In this document: positions 10,312 through 19,698 of the stretch, in pieces
How the letters are laid out: every line of letters starts with the position of its first letter
Position numbering within the stretch: the first letter of the stretch is position 1
IMG/VR virus record: IMGVR_UViG_3300047480_000598
Span: 32,001-96,000 of that record
DNA: 64,000 nt
Source: a virus
Strand: one strand, 5' to 3'
Program-made: the position numbers and the translations under genes
Notes under the pieces: generated by a model
The model's database searches: none
The model's input: the letters and a program-made list of their open reading frames with translations, nothing else
Told to the model about the DNA's origin: nothing

Positions 10312-10318
10312 TTAAATA
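10312..10318 (+). promoter_or_regulatory. Late promoter-like box TTAAATA
   Basis: 4 nt upstream of HNH ATG. Confidence 0.5.
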
Positions 10319-10322
10319 ACAT

Positions 10323-10658
10323 ATGAGACCGATATGTAAGTGCGGAGAACGTCCTAAAGCCGTTAATTATATTAAAGACGGACGAACATACTATCGAAAG
10401 CTATGCGAAGTATGTATGAAAAATGGGTTATATCACGGTATACCTCGATGGAAGAGGGCCGGATATAAGTTACACAAGTGTTGTGATAAATGTGGATTCA
10501 AATCCCCGTACAAAGAAGTGTTTTCAGTGTTTCATGTTGACGGGGATCTAAATAATTGCTCGTTTTTAAATCTTAAAACAGTTTGCGCAAATTGTCAACG
10601 AGTTCTAGCGAGAGAAGGGATTACTTGGAGACAGGGGGATCTTGTACCAGATCTTTAA
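10323..10658 (+). CDS. Small Zn-binding HNH-like endonuclease
   Basis: CKC, CEVC, CDKC, HVDGDLNNCSFLNLKTVCANCQ (HNH core, last H replaced by Q). Confidence 0.75.
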   Translation: MRPICKCGERPKAVNYIKDGRTYYRKLCEVCMKNGLYHGIPRWKRAGYKLHKCCDKCGFKSPYKEVFSVFHVDGDLNNCSFLNLKTVCANCQRVLAREGITWRQGDLVPDL

Positions 10659-12339
10659 TAGATTGATATAGTTCATCAATAGTTCCATCATTTTCAATAG
10701 TCACATCAATGTTAGGCCCTATCCAAGACATTTCGCTTTCGTGAATTTTACGATACTTTAGTTTATCAGCTGCACCAGATTTGCCGATGTTTGCATCGTA
10801 CGCAAATTTATACCAATCTGGTTCTGGCCCTCGTTTTATACGAACTACAATTCCTCCAGCTTCTTTGAGTGCCTTAATTTCGTTAGGAAATCGACAATCT
10901 GTAATTACAATGTTGTCGTTACTAAATCGAAGTTTGTTTTCTACACTAGCGATCCATATGTCAGGATGAAATTGATGTCGAAGTATTTCTGTTCCCCAAT
11001 GCTGAAGTACAAATCTCGGAGTTATAGTCATATCCAACCTGTTTGACCACCATTCATCGGGCTCTTCTCGCCATTTTCTTGATTCAGCTGTGCGTCCTTC
11101 TAGTAAGACACGATCCCAACCAAATATTGCTGATACTGCATCTTTTAAAGAACTTGCAAAACTTTCCCTTCTAAAACCATGAAAATTAACTAAGTAATCG
11201 GCAACAGTATCTTTGCCTGACCCTATAAATCCGCATATACCTATAATCATATTTCCTCTAAATAAAAAGTGATATTTGTTATTTTTATATTCAAATCGAT
11301 CTTTAGTGTAAACTATTTTATCATCATATTGAACTACTAATTTTCCAGCTTCTATTATAACTGTGTAAAAGTCATCAAGAACATCTGAAAAGACTGTTTG
11401 ATCGTATAGATGATGTGTATTATAATTTATTTCTTGCACAAAAATTGGACCTGATGTGCTAGTCATTCCGAATAGAGATATAATAGATGCATGTTTATCA
11501 ACTACAAGATCAGTAACTTGCTCACGAGATGGCGATAATATTGTATATATTGTTAGATTTAGTAACGACGATGCTCGATTATACTTAATAAAATTATCTA
11601 TCATAGTATCAAACATTATGCATCGAGTTATACCATAATAACTAATGTAAGATGGCCAGATATTATTGTCATCATCGCACCAAAATTGATTTTTACAAAA
11701 CTTAAATGCTGGCAAAAAGAATAATGCTAAACTAGTACCATGATGTAATATTCTAGTATGCATACATCTATCGTTATTATCAATTTTGAAGAGCTTACCG
11801 TTTCTATGTAATAAACGGTAATAAAACTCATGGGAGTGTTCTTCAATTGCGTCCGATCGTATTTTTTGTGTGTATTTTTCGCTAATCGATCTTGTTAAAA
11901 TAGATGAATTGTTAGCCCATTTAATGTCTTTTTTCGAAGTATCTTGATATGTTTTAATAATATTCGCATCAATTGCAGTATCTTTATATGTATTTGTAAA
12001 CTCTAATAGATCTTTCTTATCGAATGGTACAATTACATGATCAATCTTTCCATATCGATTATTTAATTCTTTGTAGTTTGAGATTTTATGTGATACTGCA
12101 ATTACAAATACTAATCCTAATTCGGCACACGCATAAAACCATGGAGTATAATAATTTCCAAATGTAATGATAACTTGGTCTCCGGCTTTAACATTAACCT
12201 CTTTAATTAAATAAGTTTTTGCCCTATCAATTAACTCAATTAGCTCATCGTACTCAAAAATTAACTCTTTGTCGACTATATGTAATGATAGGTCAGAATT
12301 GATACAAGCTCGAGTTATTATTTTATCATTCGACGACAC
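10621..12339 (-). CDS. Degenerate adenylate-forming (ANL) domain fused to deoxynucleoside monophosphate kinase (T4 gp1-like; kinase part 10621..11250)
   Basis: C-terminal MIIGICGFIGSGKDTVAD P-loop, SFASSLKD, LQHWGTE, ITDCRFPNE, HESE, IENDGT; N-terminal ~360 aa paralogous to 12318..13613; internal SD AGAGGA before ATG 11250. Confidence 0.85.
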   Translation of the reverse strand: MSSNDKIITRACINSDLSLHIVDKELIFEYDELIELIDRAKTYLIKEVNVKAGDQVIITFGNYYTPWFYACAELGLVFVIAVSHKISNYKELNNRYGKIDHVIVPFDKKDLLEFTNTYKDTAIDANIIKTYQDTSKKDIKWANNSSILTRSISEKYTQKIRSDAIEEHSHEFYYRLLHRNGKLFKIDNNDRCMHTRILHHGTSLALFFLPAFKFCKNQFWCDDDNNIWPSYISYYGITRCIMFDTMIDNFIKYNRASSLLNLTIYTILSPSREQVTDLVVDKHASIISLFGMTSTSGPIFVQEINYNTHHLYDQTVFSDVLDDFYTVIIEAGKLVVQYDDKIVYTKDRFEYKNNKYHFLFRGNMIIGICGFIGSGKDTVADYLVNFHGFRRESFASSLKDAVSAIFGWDRVLLEGRTAESRKWREEPDEWWSNRLDMTITPRFVLQHWGTEILRHQFHPDIWIASVENKLRFSNDNIVITDCRFPNEIKALKEAGGIVVRIKRGPEPDWYKFAYDANIGKSGAADKLKYRKIHESEMSWIGPNIDVTIENDGTIDELYQSIKDLVQDPPVSK

Positions 12340-13613
12340 TTGATCCTCACGGCATTTGCATTAAACTTAACACCACTCATGAATCTACTTTTAGGAAGTG
12401 ATAGTTGTTTAGATATTTTATAATTACTTCCTAATAAAGTTTGTATATTTAGATTTAGTTCTTCTAAGTTTAGTTCACAAGTCGTTCTAAGATATATCTC
12501 ATTGAAAACAGAATCTATAACAATATCAAAATCGTTGATGTATTTTATGATAAGATTGTTTAGTAAATTAACATCAACGAGTTCATTGTTTATCGAATAT
12601 CTATTGCCTCGTCCTTGAAAGATCATACGATTGTCAATAACAGAAAACTGATCGCCCGTATCGATAATTTGACCCGACGGCATTGTTACTTGCAGCAAAT
12701 TATTTTTTATATTAATTTTGTAAAAATTATCAAGTAACTCCCCGAAATCGTTTGGTTGAAAAGAGAGTTTATTCTTATTGTTTAATTTTGACAAGAAAAT
12801 AGGACCCGATGTCTCAGTGCATCCGTACAGAGAAATAACTTCGATTCGATCATTAATTATTCGGTCAAAACCGTTGGGTAACTTTGATGCTACAAATATT
12901 GTAAAATTATAATCGATGTCATTGTCGAAGTTATTATGAATTGCATCTAGGTACTTTAAAAATACTAAACATCGATTGATTTTGTTCTCTTTTATAAACT
13001 TTACCCACTTATCTTTCTTACCGTCAAAGTAATAGTGATTTTTACAGGAAATGATGACCGGAAGGAAGTATACTCCTACAGTACTACTATGAGCTAAGGT
13101 TCGTGTATGAATGCATCTATCTTGCAGTTGTAAATTATATAACTTACTGTTACGATGCGCTAACTTATATAAAAAGTTATGTGTGTATTCGACAATTTTA
13201 GGATCGTTGGTCGACCCAGAACTTAAAGTTTCGATTAAAATCGAATCAGGTTCGGCCCAGTATTCATTTTGAAGCGAGGTGTCGGTCCAATCTAAAATTT
13301 CCCCAAAGTCTGATAATAAGTGGTCGATATTGCCGTATAACTTTAATGTGCTTTTAGATTCCTCTGCATTAGAATCAACGACAATAAACTTTAATCCAAG
13401 TTCGGCTCCTGCTAGAAACCAAATGAACAATCCGGGCCACTTGCTGTTTAAAATTAGAACACGCTGTCCTTTTTTAACTTGTTTAATTTTTATTAAGAAT
13501 GTTTTAGCACGATTGATATAATCAATAATATCATTATAACTGTAGTGGGTTTCTACAGTTTCAGAATTAACTGTAATATTAAGCTGTGAATTAAGTATTC
13601 TTCTTGTAATCAA
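12318..13613 (-). CDS. AMP-binding / acyl-CoA synthetase-like (ANL superfamily) enzyme
   Basis: P-loop SSGSTNDPK, YGCTETSG, TGD, hinge FQGR. Confidence 0.8.
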   Translation of the reverse strand: MITRRILNSQLNITVNSETVETHYSYNDIIDYINRAKTFLIKIKQVKKGQRVLILNSKWPGLFIWFLAGAELGLKFIVVDSNAEESKSTLKLYGNIDHLLSDFGEILDWTDTSLQNEYWAEPDSILIETLSSGSTNDPKIVEYTHNFLYKLAHRNSKLYNLQLQDRCIHTRTLAHSSTVGVYFLPVIISCKNHYYFDGKKDKWVKFIKENKINRCLVFLKYLDAIHNNFDNDIDYNFTIFVASKLPNGFDRIINDRIEVISLYGCTETSGPIFLSKLNNKNKLSFQPNDFGELLDNFYKINIKNNLLQVTMPSGQIIDTGDQFSVIDNRMIFQGRGNRYSINNELVDVNLLNNLIIKYINDFDIVIDSVFNEIYLRTTCELNLEELNLNIQTLLGSNYKISKQLSLPKSRFMSGVKFNANAVRIKCRRMIK

Positions 13614-13845
13614 GACTATTTTGCAACCATGCTTTGTAAGAAGGATTAGGATGATTTTCTAATCGCTGTTTATATAGCTTTATAACAATAAATGCTGCTG
13701 TACCTTTGAAGAAGAAAGGAAAGATTGCATGTATAATTGATGCTATTGCTGCATAGAATAGCAGAAAACCGGCATAGATTGCAAATTTTAGATGTTCAAA
13801 ATACGATGTTTGGCTGTCTTTTAAATGTTGTGTTAAAAATTTCAT
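13591..13845 (-). CDS. Small membrane protein, DUF6356-like
   Basis: HL...SYFEHLKFA...hydrophobic helix...IHAIFPFFF. Confidence 0.65.
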   Translation of the reverse strand: MKFLTQHLKDSQTSYFEHLKFAIYAGFLLFYAAIASIIHAIFPFFFKGTAAFIVIKLYKQRLENHPNPSYKAWLQNSLDYKKNT

Positions 13846-14630
13846 TACCCAATAATAAATGTATAAGGAGTGCCGCCCGGAATATTTAACTCTATTTCCT
13901 TATCGAGTCTTTCAATTTCTTGATTGCCTTCTGTAATAAGTGCAGTTCCGTTTAGTGTAATACCGCCACTTGGCCCTGCGATGTTTCCAAATAAACTACG
14001 TGCTTGCCCTAACATAGTCTTACAGGTCGCTAATGTATAATCTTTAATCCATTGCTTTGCATAGATGTCTTGCAATAATACAAAGTCTGGACGAAAGTTA
14101 TGAGTTCTTAGAAGAATTTGCTCGCCTTGTGCAAACGGACGTTGTAAGATTGTTAAGATATGACTAGTTGGTTTCCATTTAAACTCAACAAAACTACCGA
14201 ACATTCTTCCTACTAACTTTTGATATCCTGCAAATAGCTCGTAAGTTGCTAAACCGCCCATCATAGTTCCGCTTAACAAATAAGTGTTAGTGTATGCTAA
14301 GTTGAATGGTTCAAATAAAGTACCACCTGCACCTAAGCCGCTTCTAGAACCAATAGATCTACGAAAAATAGATTGAACTTCGATTACTTCGTCAGGAAGT
14401 CTATACTCGTTCACATCCTGCATTAATTCGAGAAACATATAACTTTCTTCGACTGCATTTGAACTTCTTTGACGGAATCTAGTCAATGCTCTATCTAATG
14501 CTGTTTCGTAATGCTTAGGATCGAGCTCTACATCAATCATGCCGTCACCGAGCATATTTCTCACATAATCAAATACTTTATTTCTTTCAATTAACGAGGT
14601 TGATTCGTTGCTAGCTGGTAGATCATCCAT
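13845..14630 (-). CDS. g13: Neck protein (gp13-like head-tail adaptor)
   Basis: LGDGMIDVELD, WIKDYTLATCKTMLG, GPSGGITLNG...EG..EIERL motifs. Confidence 0.88.
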   Translation of the reverse strand: MDDLPASNESTSLIERNKVFDYVRNMLGDGMIDVELDPKHYETALDRALTRFRQRSSNAVEESYMFLELMQDVNEYRLPDEVIEVQSIFRRSIGSRSGLGAGGTLFEPFNLAYTNTYLLSGTMMGGLATYELFAGYQKLVGRMFGSFVEFKWKPTSHILTILQRPFAQGEQILLRTHNFRPDFVLLQDIYAKQWIKDYTLATCKTMLGQARSLFGNIAGPSGGITLNGTALITEGNQEIERLDKEIELNIPGGTPYTFIIG

Positions 14631-14646
14631 TTTTAATTCTCCATGT

Positions 14647-14668
14647 ATATTTATCCTGCGATAAATAT
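14647..14668. promoter_or_regulatory. Back-to-back divergent late promoter boxes forming an inverted repeat
   Basis: ATATTTATC-CTGC-GATAAATAT: ATAAATA on minus strand (14648-14654) and on plus strand (14661-14667). Confidence 0.7.
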
Positions 14669-14672
14669 GAGT

Positions 14673-16244
14673 ATGCCTAGATTATCCCTTTATAAACCTG
14701 AGAAAGGTAACAATTATAAGTTTATAGATCATCATATATCTCAGATGTTTCAAGTCGGGGGTACTGATGTATATGTTCACAAATATATCGGACCTAAAAA
14801 TCCTACAGAAGGAACAGCAGATCAACCGATTTATAATGATATACAAGTAACTAATATACAAGATTTGCTATTCTTAGAAAATCGAGATAGAAAGTACGAT
14901 TCCGAAATATATCTTATAAGAGGTATTTACAATGTTCAAAATATTGATTTTAATTTAAGTCAATTTGGACTATTCATTGATAACGACACGTTGTTTATGA
15001 CTGTACATATTAACGATTTTATCAATTATATCGGAAGAAAACCCATTACAGGAGATGTTCTCGAACTTCCTCATTTGCGAGATACATTTCAGTTAGGAGA
15101 TTACGATGTAGGTCTTCCTAGATATTATGTAATCGAAGACGTAGGTCGTGCAAGTGAAGGATTTAGTGCAACATGGTATCCTCATTTATATAGATTAAAA
15201 CTAAAGAAACTGACTGCAAGTCAACAATTTGATGATATTCTTAATAAACCAGTCGGTGCTGATATTGATCGATTTGTCGGTGAATGGAATAGTAGCGATA
15301 TGTTTTATACTGGTAATATTGTAAGATATAACGGGATACTATACGAAGTTAAACCTGGATACGAGGCACCTAATGGAACTACATCATCACCGACGGATCA
15401 AACAGCATGGTCGGTATACTCCGGAAATACATTAGAAGATATTTTGAGTACTAGACAAAAAGAACTACAAATTAATGATTCAGTAATTGCACAAGCGGAA
15501 GCAGATGCACCATTAAGCGGATACGAAACTAGACACTTTTATACTTTAGCTGTAGACGACCAAACCGGACAAACTTTATTGCAAACAGCAGATCTTGATC
15601 GACTAAGTGCTAGTAATGCATCTTATACAGCCGACGAAACTAACACTCGACCAAAGAGAACTTCATATACTGGTTACCTAGTCGGCGACGGATTCCCTTC
15701 TAATGGTCATAATTTTGGACACGGTATACAATTTCCAGATAATCCAGGTCAAGATGATTATTTCTTAAGAACTGATTTTATGCCTAATAGACTATTTAGG
15801 TTCGATAAATCAAGATGGGTTCGTATAGAAGATGCTGTTCGTACAACAATGACTAATAATAACGCCCGAGCAACTCAGAAAACATCATTCATTAATAACG
15901 AAAATTATATTTACAATGAGATGGTTGCAGTCGATTATGTAAAATTAGAGCAAGGTGATACTATTTTTGATACAAATTTAGATGTTGTTTCGGCAATATA
16001 TCTAGTATTAAAAATACAATCAGATTTAGTGTATTCAGAAACTGCATACACTATTAACGATCATGCAGGTATAATTACAACTTATTTAAATGAGTTAGGA
16101 GATGAAAAAATTAGAGTTACTTTACCTAATGAGATTCCTGCATCTGGTTTATGGAAAATTAGTCTATGTAATAATCGAGAAGAACAGAGACAAAGTTTGT
16201 CAAAAGCTATTAAACCTAGAGCGTCCTTACAATCGGATATATAA
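14673..16244 (+). CDS. g14: Neck / head-closure protein (gp14-like) with extra domains
   Basis: LLFLENRDRKY, LSQFGLF, GRKPITGDVLELP, YVIEDV...WYPHLYRL; start moved from 14643 to 14673 (MPRLSLY) because of promoter position. Confidence 0.75.
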   Translation: MPRLSLYKPEKGNNYKFIDHHISQMFQVGGTDVYVHKYIGPKNPTEGTADQPIYNDIQVTNIQDLLFLENRDRKYDSEIYLIRGIYNVQNIDFNLSQFGLFIDNDTLFMTVHINDFINYIGRKPITGDVLELPHLRDTFQLGDYDVGLPRYYVIEDVGRASEGFSATWYPHLYRLKLKKLTASQQFDDILNKPVGADIDRFVGEWNSSDMFYTGNIVRYNGILYEVKPGYEAPNGTTSSPTDQTAWSVYSGNTLEDILSTRQKELQINDSVIAQAEADAPLSGYETRHFYTLAVDDQTGQTLLQTADLDRLSASNASYTADETNTRPKRTSYTGYLVGDGFPSNGHNFGHGIQFPDNPGQDDYFLRTDFMPNRLFRFDKSRWVRIEDAVRTTMTNNNARATQKTSFINNENYIYNEMVAVDYVKLEQGDTIFDTNLDVVSAIYLVLKIQSDLVYSETAYTINDHAGIITTYLNELGDEKIRVTLPNEIPASGLWKISLCNNREEQRQSLSKAIKPRASLQSDI

Positions 16245-17746
16245 TGAAACATTTTTACGATGCCCAAATAAGAAGATACATTACACAAACTATAAGAATT
16301 TTAAGTAATTTTGTAGTAAAGTACGGAGATGGGTCTTTAGTTAGAGTTCCAGTAATGTACGGCGACATGGACAAACAAGTTGCTAACATTATTAGATCAA
16401 ATTCAGAAAATGCAGTAAATGCTTCTCCGAGAATTGCAGTATATGTGTCCGATCTAGATATTGACAGAGATAGATTAAGTGATTCGACTTATGTCGGTAA
16501 GTTACATATTAGGGAAAGGGACATTGTTGACGAAACATATACTGTAGGTCAGGGTCGTAACTACACAGTTGAACGCCTTATGCCTACTCCGTATAAGTTA
16601 AGTTTAAAGGTTGACATTTGGTCGTCAAACACCGATCAAAAATTACAAATCTTGGAACAAATTTTAGTACTGTTTAATCCTAGCTTAGAATTACAAACTA
16701 CAGATAATTATATCGATTGGACAAGTTTAACAGTTCTTAACTTAGATAGAGTTACATGGTCAAGTCGATCAGTTCCTATCGGTACTCAGGAAACTCCGAT
16801 TGATATTGCTACTTTAAATTTAACTACTCCAATATGGATCAGTCCTCCGGCTAAAGTTAAGCATCTCGGTGTTATAACTAAAATTATAACTAGTTTTTAC
16901 AATTCGGCAACGACTGAAAACGATGCAGGTTATGTCGAGGGGTTAGGTCATCCGTTAATCAACCCGTCATCAGAGGTAACAATGCAAGGTCAATTGTCAA
17001 GGGATTATACAACCATAACTGATTATAATCTTCAAGTTTACAATAATTCTCAAGGACAAGGACAAGCGATCGCTTTAGGCAAATCTGAAAATGTATCATC
17101 GAGAGATTCATCTTTAGATATTCCAGTAAGATCAGGAGCTCCTATTTTATGGAAGGATGTGTTTGATCGTTATCCCGGCCAATACGTTGCCGGATCGTCG
17201 ACATTATTTTTAACTCAATCGAACGGAACTGAAATTGTCGGTACTGTAGCTATAAATCCCTTAGACGAAACTATCTTAACAGTATCATGGGACCCGGATA
17301 CTTTAACTACTAACACAGGAATTGATAGCCAAGGATATCTAGACATGGATATTGATTACAATGCCGAAAGCAGTTATCGATCAAGTAGCCCAGGAACATT
17401 TGATGCAATTATTGATCCGTTAAAAGTCGGACCCGGACACGGAATTAGTAATTTGCAAGCAGGTGATAGATTTTTAATTATCGAAGATATTGGATCAAAT
17501 TTAAATACAGAAGGTGCAATAGCATGGAGAAATACTGATAACTCCGATCTTATTGCTTATGCTAATGATATTATAGAATGGTCAGGAACACAATGGTCGG
17601 TTATTTTTAACTCTAGTGTACAAACTGATTCGATTGTGTATCAAACTAATGTGTTTACCGGTGTACAATATGTTTGGAACGGAGTACAATGGTCTAAATC
17701 ATTCGAGGGAGATTATCGTCGAGGTTTTTGGAGAATCGAACTCTAA
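16244..17746 (+). CDS. g15: Tail sheath stabiliser / tail completion protein (gp15-like) with C-terminal extension
   Basis: HFYDAQIRRY, VPVMYG, PRIAV, PTPYKL, QILEQILVLFNP. Confidence 0.88.
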   Translation: MKHFYDAQIRRYITQTIRILSNFVVKYGDGSLVRVPVMYGDMDKQVANIIRSNSENAVNASPRIAVYVSDLDIDRDRLSDSTYVGKLHIRERDIVDETYTVGQGRNYTVERLMPTPYKLSLKVDIWSSNTDQKLQILEQILVLFNPSLELQTTDNYIDWTSLTVLNLDRVTWSSRSVPIGTQETPIDIATLNLTTPIWISPPAKVKHLGVITKIITSFYNSATTENDAGYVEGLGHPLINPSSEVTMQGQLSRDYTTITDYNLQVYNNSQGQGQAIALGKSENVSSRDSSLDIPVRSGAPILWKDVFDRYPGQYVAGSSTLFLTQSNGTEIVGTVAINPLDETILTVSWDPDTLTTNTGIDSQGYLDMDIDYNAESSYRSSSPGTFDAIIDPLKVGPGHGISNLQAGDRFLIIEDIGSNLNTEGAIAWRNTDNSDLIAYANDIIEWSGTQWSVIFNSSVQTDSIVYQTNVFTGVQYVWNGVQWSKSFEGDYRRGFWRIEL

Positions 17747-17783
17747 AACTCTTTCTTATTAAATTTTAAAAACTATATAGTGT

Positions 17784-18218
17784 ATGGTTGATAAAATTGT
17801 TTGTAGTGGTGCCCTAGTATATTCAAAAGAAACTAAAAGATTTTTATTATTACAAAAATCTCATGGAAAGCACTCCGGTACATGGGGTTTAGTAGGCGGA
17901 ACTACTGTCGAAGGAGAAAATCCGTGGCAAGGGTTGCAAAGAGAAATTGTTGAAGAAATTGGATCTATTCCGGCGATAATTAAAACTATTCCGATAGAAA
18001 CATTTGTATCTAACGATACTGTTTTTCATTTTCACACATACTTATGTGTAGTCGAAAACGAATTTATTCCAGTGTTAAGTGACGAGCATTGTGGATGGTC
18101 GTGGGCTACAATTGACAAATCGCCAAAACCTCTGCATCAAGGATTAAAAAATAGTTTTTCGAGTAAAATTATTCGAGCTAAAATACAAACAATTTTTGAT
18201 TTAATGGATTTAATATAA
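17784..18218 (+). CDS. Nudix hydrolase
   Basis: Nudix box GGTTVEGENPWQGLQREIVEEIG; EH..W.W; PLH.GL. Confidence 0.9.
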   Translation: MVDKIVCSGALVYSKETKRFLLLQKSHGKHSGTWGLVGGTTVEGENPWQGLQREIVEEIGSIPAIIKTIPIETFVSNDTVFHFHTYLCVVENEFIPVLSDEHCGWSWATIDKSPKPLHQGLKNSFSSKIIRAKIQTIFDLMDLI

Positions 18219-19039
18219 TGTGGTTTAAAAAGAAAAGTTGGGTTCGATTTTATTCTCTAGATCAAAATGTTGCTACTGTTTATCCGATTATCGAATCTAA
18301 AGTAACTCCTCGAGATTGGAACGGGGTTGGAAATTTAGAGAGAAATAGGCCCGAACAAGGTAAACAAACTGTACTAAATTGTCCTGCAATAAAACAAGTT
18401 ACGAGCATAGGGTATGTATTAAAAGCGCCTGCTGATTTTGTTATTAAAACCGACGGTAACCATTCACCGATATCTTGGGAAACTCCGATTTTATTTAAAC
18501 GGCATAGTGACAAATACACATTTAGCACTTCTGATTATTATGTTAGTTGGCATAGCCCTGCACAAACAGAACCGGTTATTCCTCGCGAATGCCCTCATGC
18601 AGATAAAGAATACATGCATAGTGCGATAAAAGTCGAAACTCCATGGAGAGTAAAGTCTAGCGATGATATTGTATTATTACAATTACCTGTAACTTATAAT
18701 AACGAAGAACGATTTAGCGCCGCAGTTGGAATAGTTGATCCTCGATATATGCATGCCATTAGTGTACAACTGTTATGGCATATCACCAAAGGTGAAACTT
18801 TAATAAGAGCAGGTACACCTCTAGTTCAGTATATTCCCGTTAGTAGAAAACTACTAGAAAAGGGTAATATTGATTTTATTGTTGATACAGCAACCTCTGT
18901 TGAAGAGGAAATCGAAGATGCATATATTTTCTCAAATCATAGTCGATTTCCAAGAAGTGACACAGTAACAAATAAAATTAAAGTTATTACATCGTTGTTT
19001 GATTATTTTAGAAAGAAATATCCAAGATCTAAAATTTAA
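18218..19039 (+). CDS. Phage protein, possible dUTPase-like fold (paralog of 32861..33658)
   Basis: CPAIKQ..GYVLKAPADF, KVETPW, GIVD, IRAGTPLVQYIP. Confidence 0.6.
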   Translation: MWFKKKSWVRFYSLDQNVATVYPIIESKVTPRDWNGVGNLERNRPEQGKQTVLNCPAIKQVTSIGYVLKAPADFVIKTDGNHSPISWETPILFKRHSDKYTFSTSDYYVSWHSPAQTEPVIPRECPHADKEYMHSAIKVETPWRVKSSDDIVLLQLPVTYNNEERFSAAVGIVDPRYMHAISVQLLWHITKGETLIRAGTPLVQYIPVSRKLLEKGNIDFIVDTATSVEEEIEDAYIFSNHSRFPRSDTVTNKIKVITSLFDYFRKKYPRSKI

Positions 19040-19626
19040 ATTACTAATCGTGTAAGAGGGGCTAGATTAATATTACCTTTTACAAATGTATTAAATGCCA
19101 AACTAATCCTGGGAGTTTCTCCAATATATTCCTCAACTAAGTGTTCAACGTTACTTGGAAACAAAATCATCGATCCAACCTCTGGAGTCATAGACCAACT
19201 TCTAGAATTATATAAGTTAGCTTCTACGATATTATATTCAATAGTATCAAACTGGCTTGTGATAAATTTAATTCGTCCGCTGTCTCCAGCTGATTCAAGA
19301 AATACAACTCCGGATACTATCGAGTTTGGGTGCCAATGTCGATGATGGGATTGCCTACATTCTGTTTTATTAAACCAGCTTTCTGTAATATATATTTCAA
19401 CATCTTGATTAGCTCCCATTACCCCATAAAAGTATTCCGATAATCCATCTGATATTCCAGATAGTAAATTACTATATTTTGATTCAGATAATACATTCTG
19501 TGATGTACTAATCCAATTTTGATAATTTTGTGCCCATTGTATTTCCGATAAATCTACATTAGTAGTGTTTAAATACGTTTTAAATACAGGTTTTGAAAAT
19601 AAAGGTATTAACGACTTTTCATTCAT
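19036..19626 (-). CDS. Putative Fe(II)/2OG oxygenase, TIGR02466-like (HxH)
   Basis: SWFN, HWHPNSIVSGV, FPSNVEHLV, RISLAFN. Confidence 0.88.
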   Translation of the reverse strand: MNEKSLIPLFSKPVFKTYLNTTNVDLSEIQWAQNYQNWISTSQNVLSESKYSNLLSGISDGLSEYFYGVMGANQDVEIYITESWFNKTECRQSHHRHWHPNSIVSGVVFLESAGDSGRIKFITSQFDTIEYNIVEANLYNSRSWSMTPEVGSMILFPSNVEHLVEEYIGETPRISLAFNTFVKGNINLAPLTRLVI

Positions 19627-19698
19627 AAATCTCTCTAAATTTAAGAAAAGTATATAGTCATTTGATATATATTACTACCAAATAAACGATATTTTCAC

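Noticed and set aside
14643-14672. Track start of the gp14-like gene at 14643
   Set aside because: It would run through both promoter boxes and has no SD; 14673 (or 14667) fits better.
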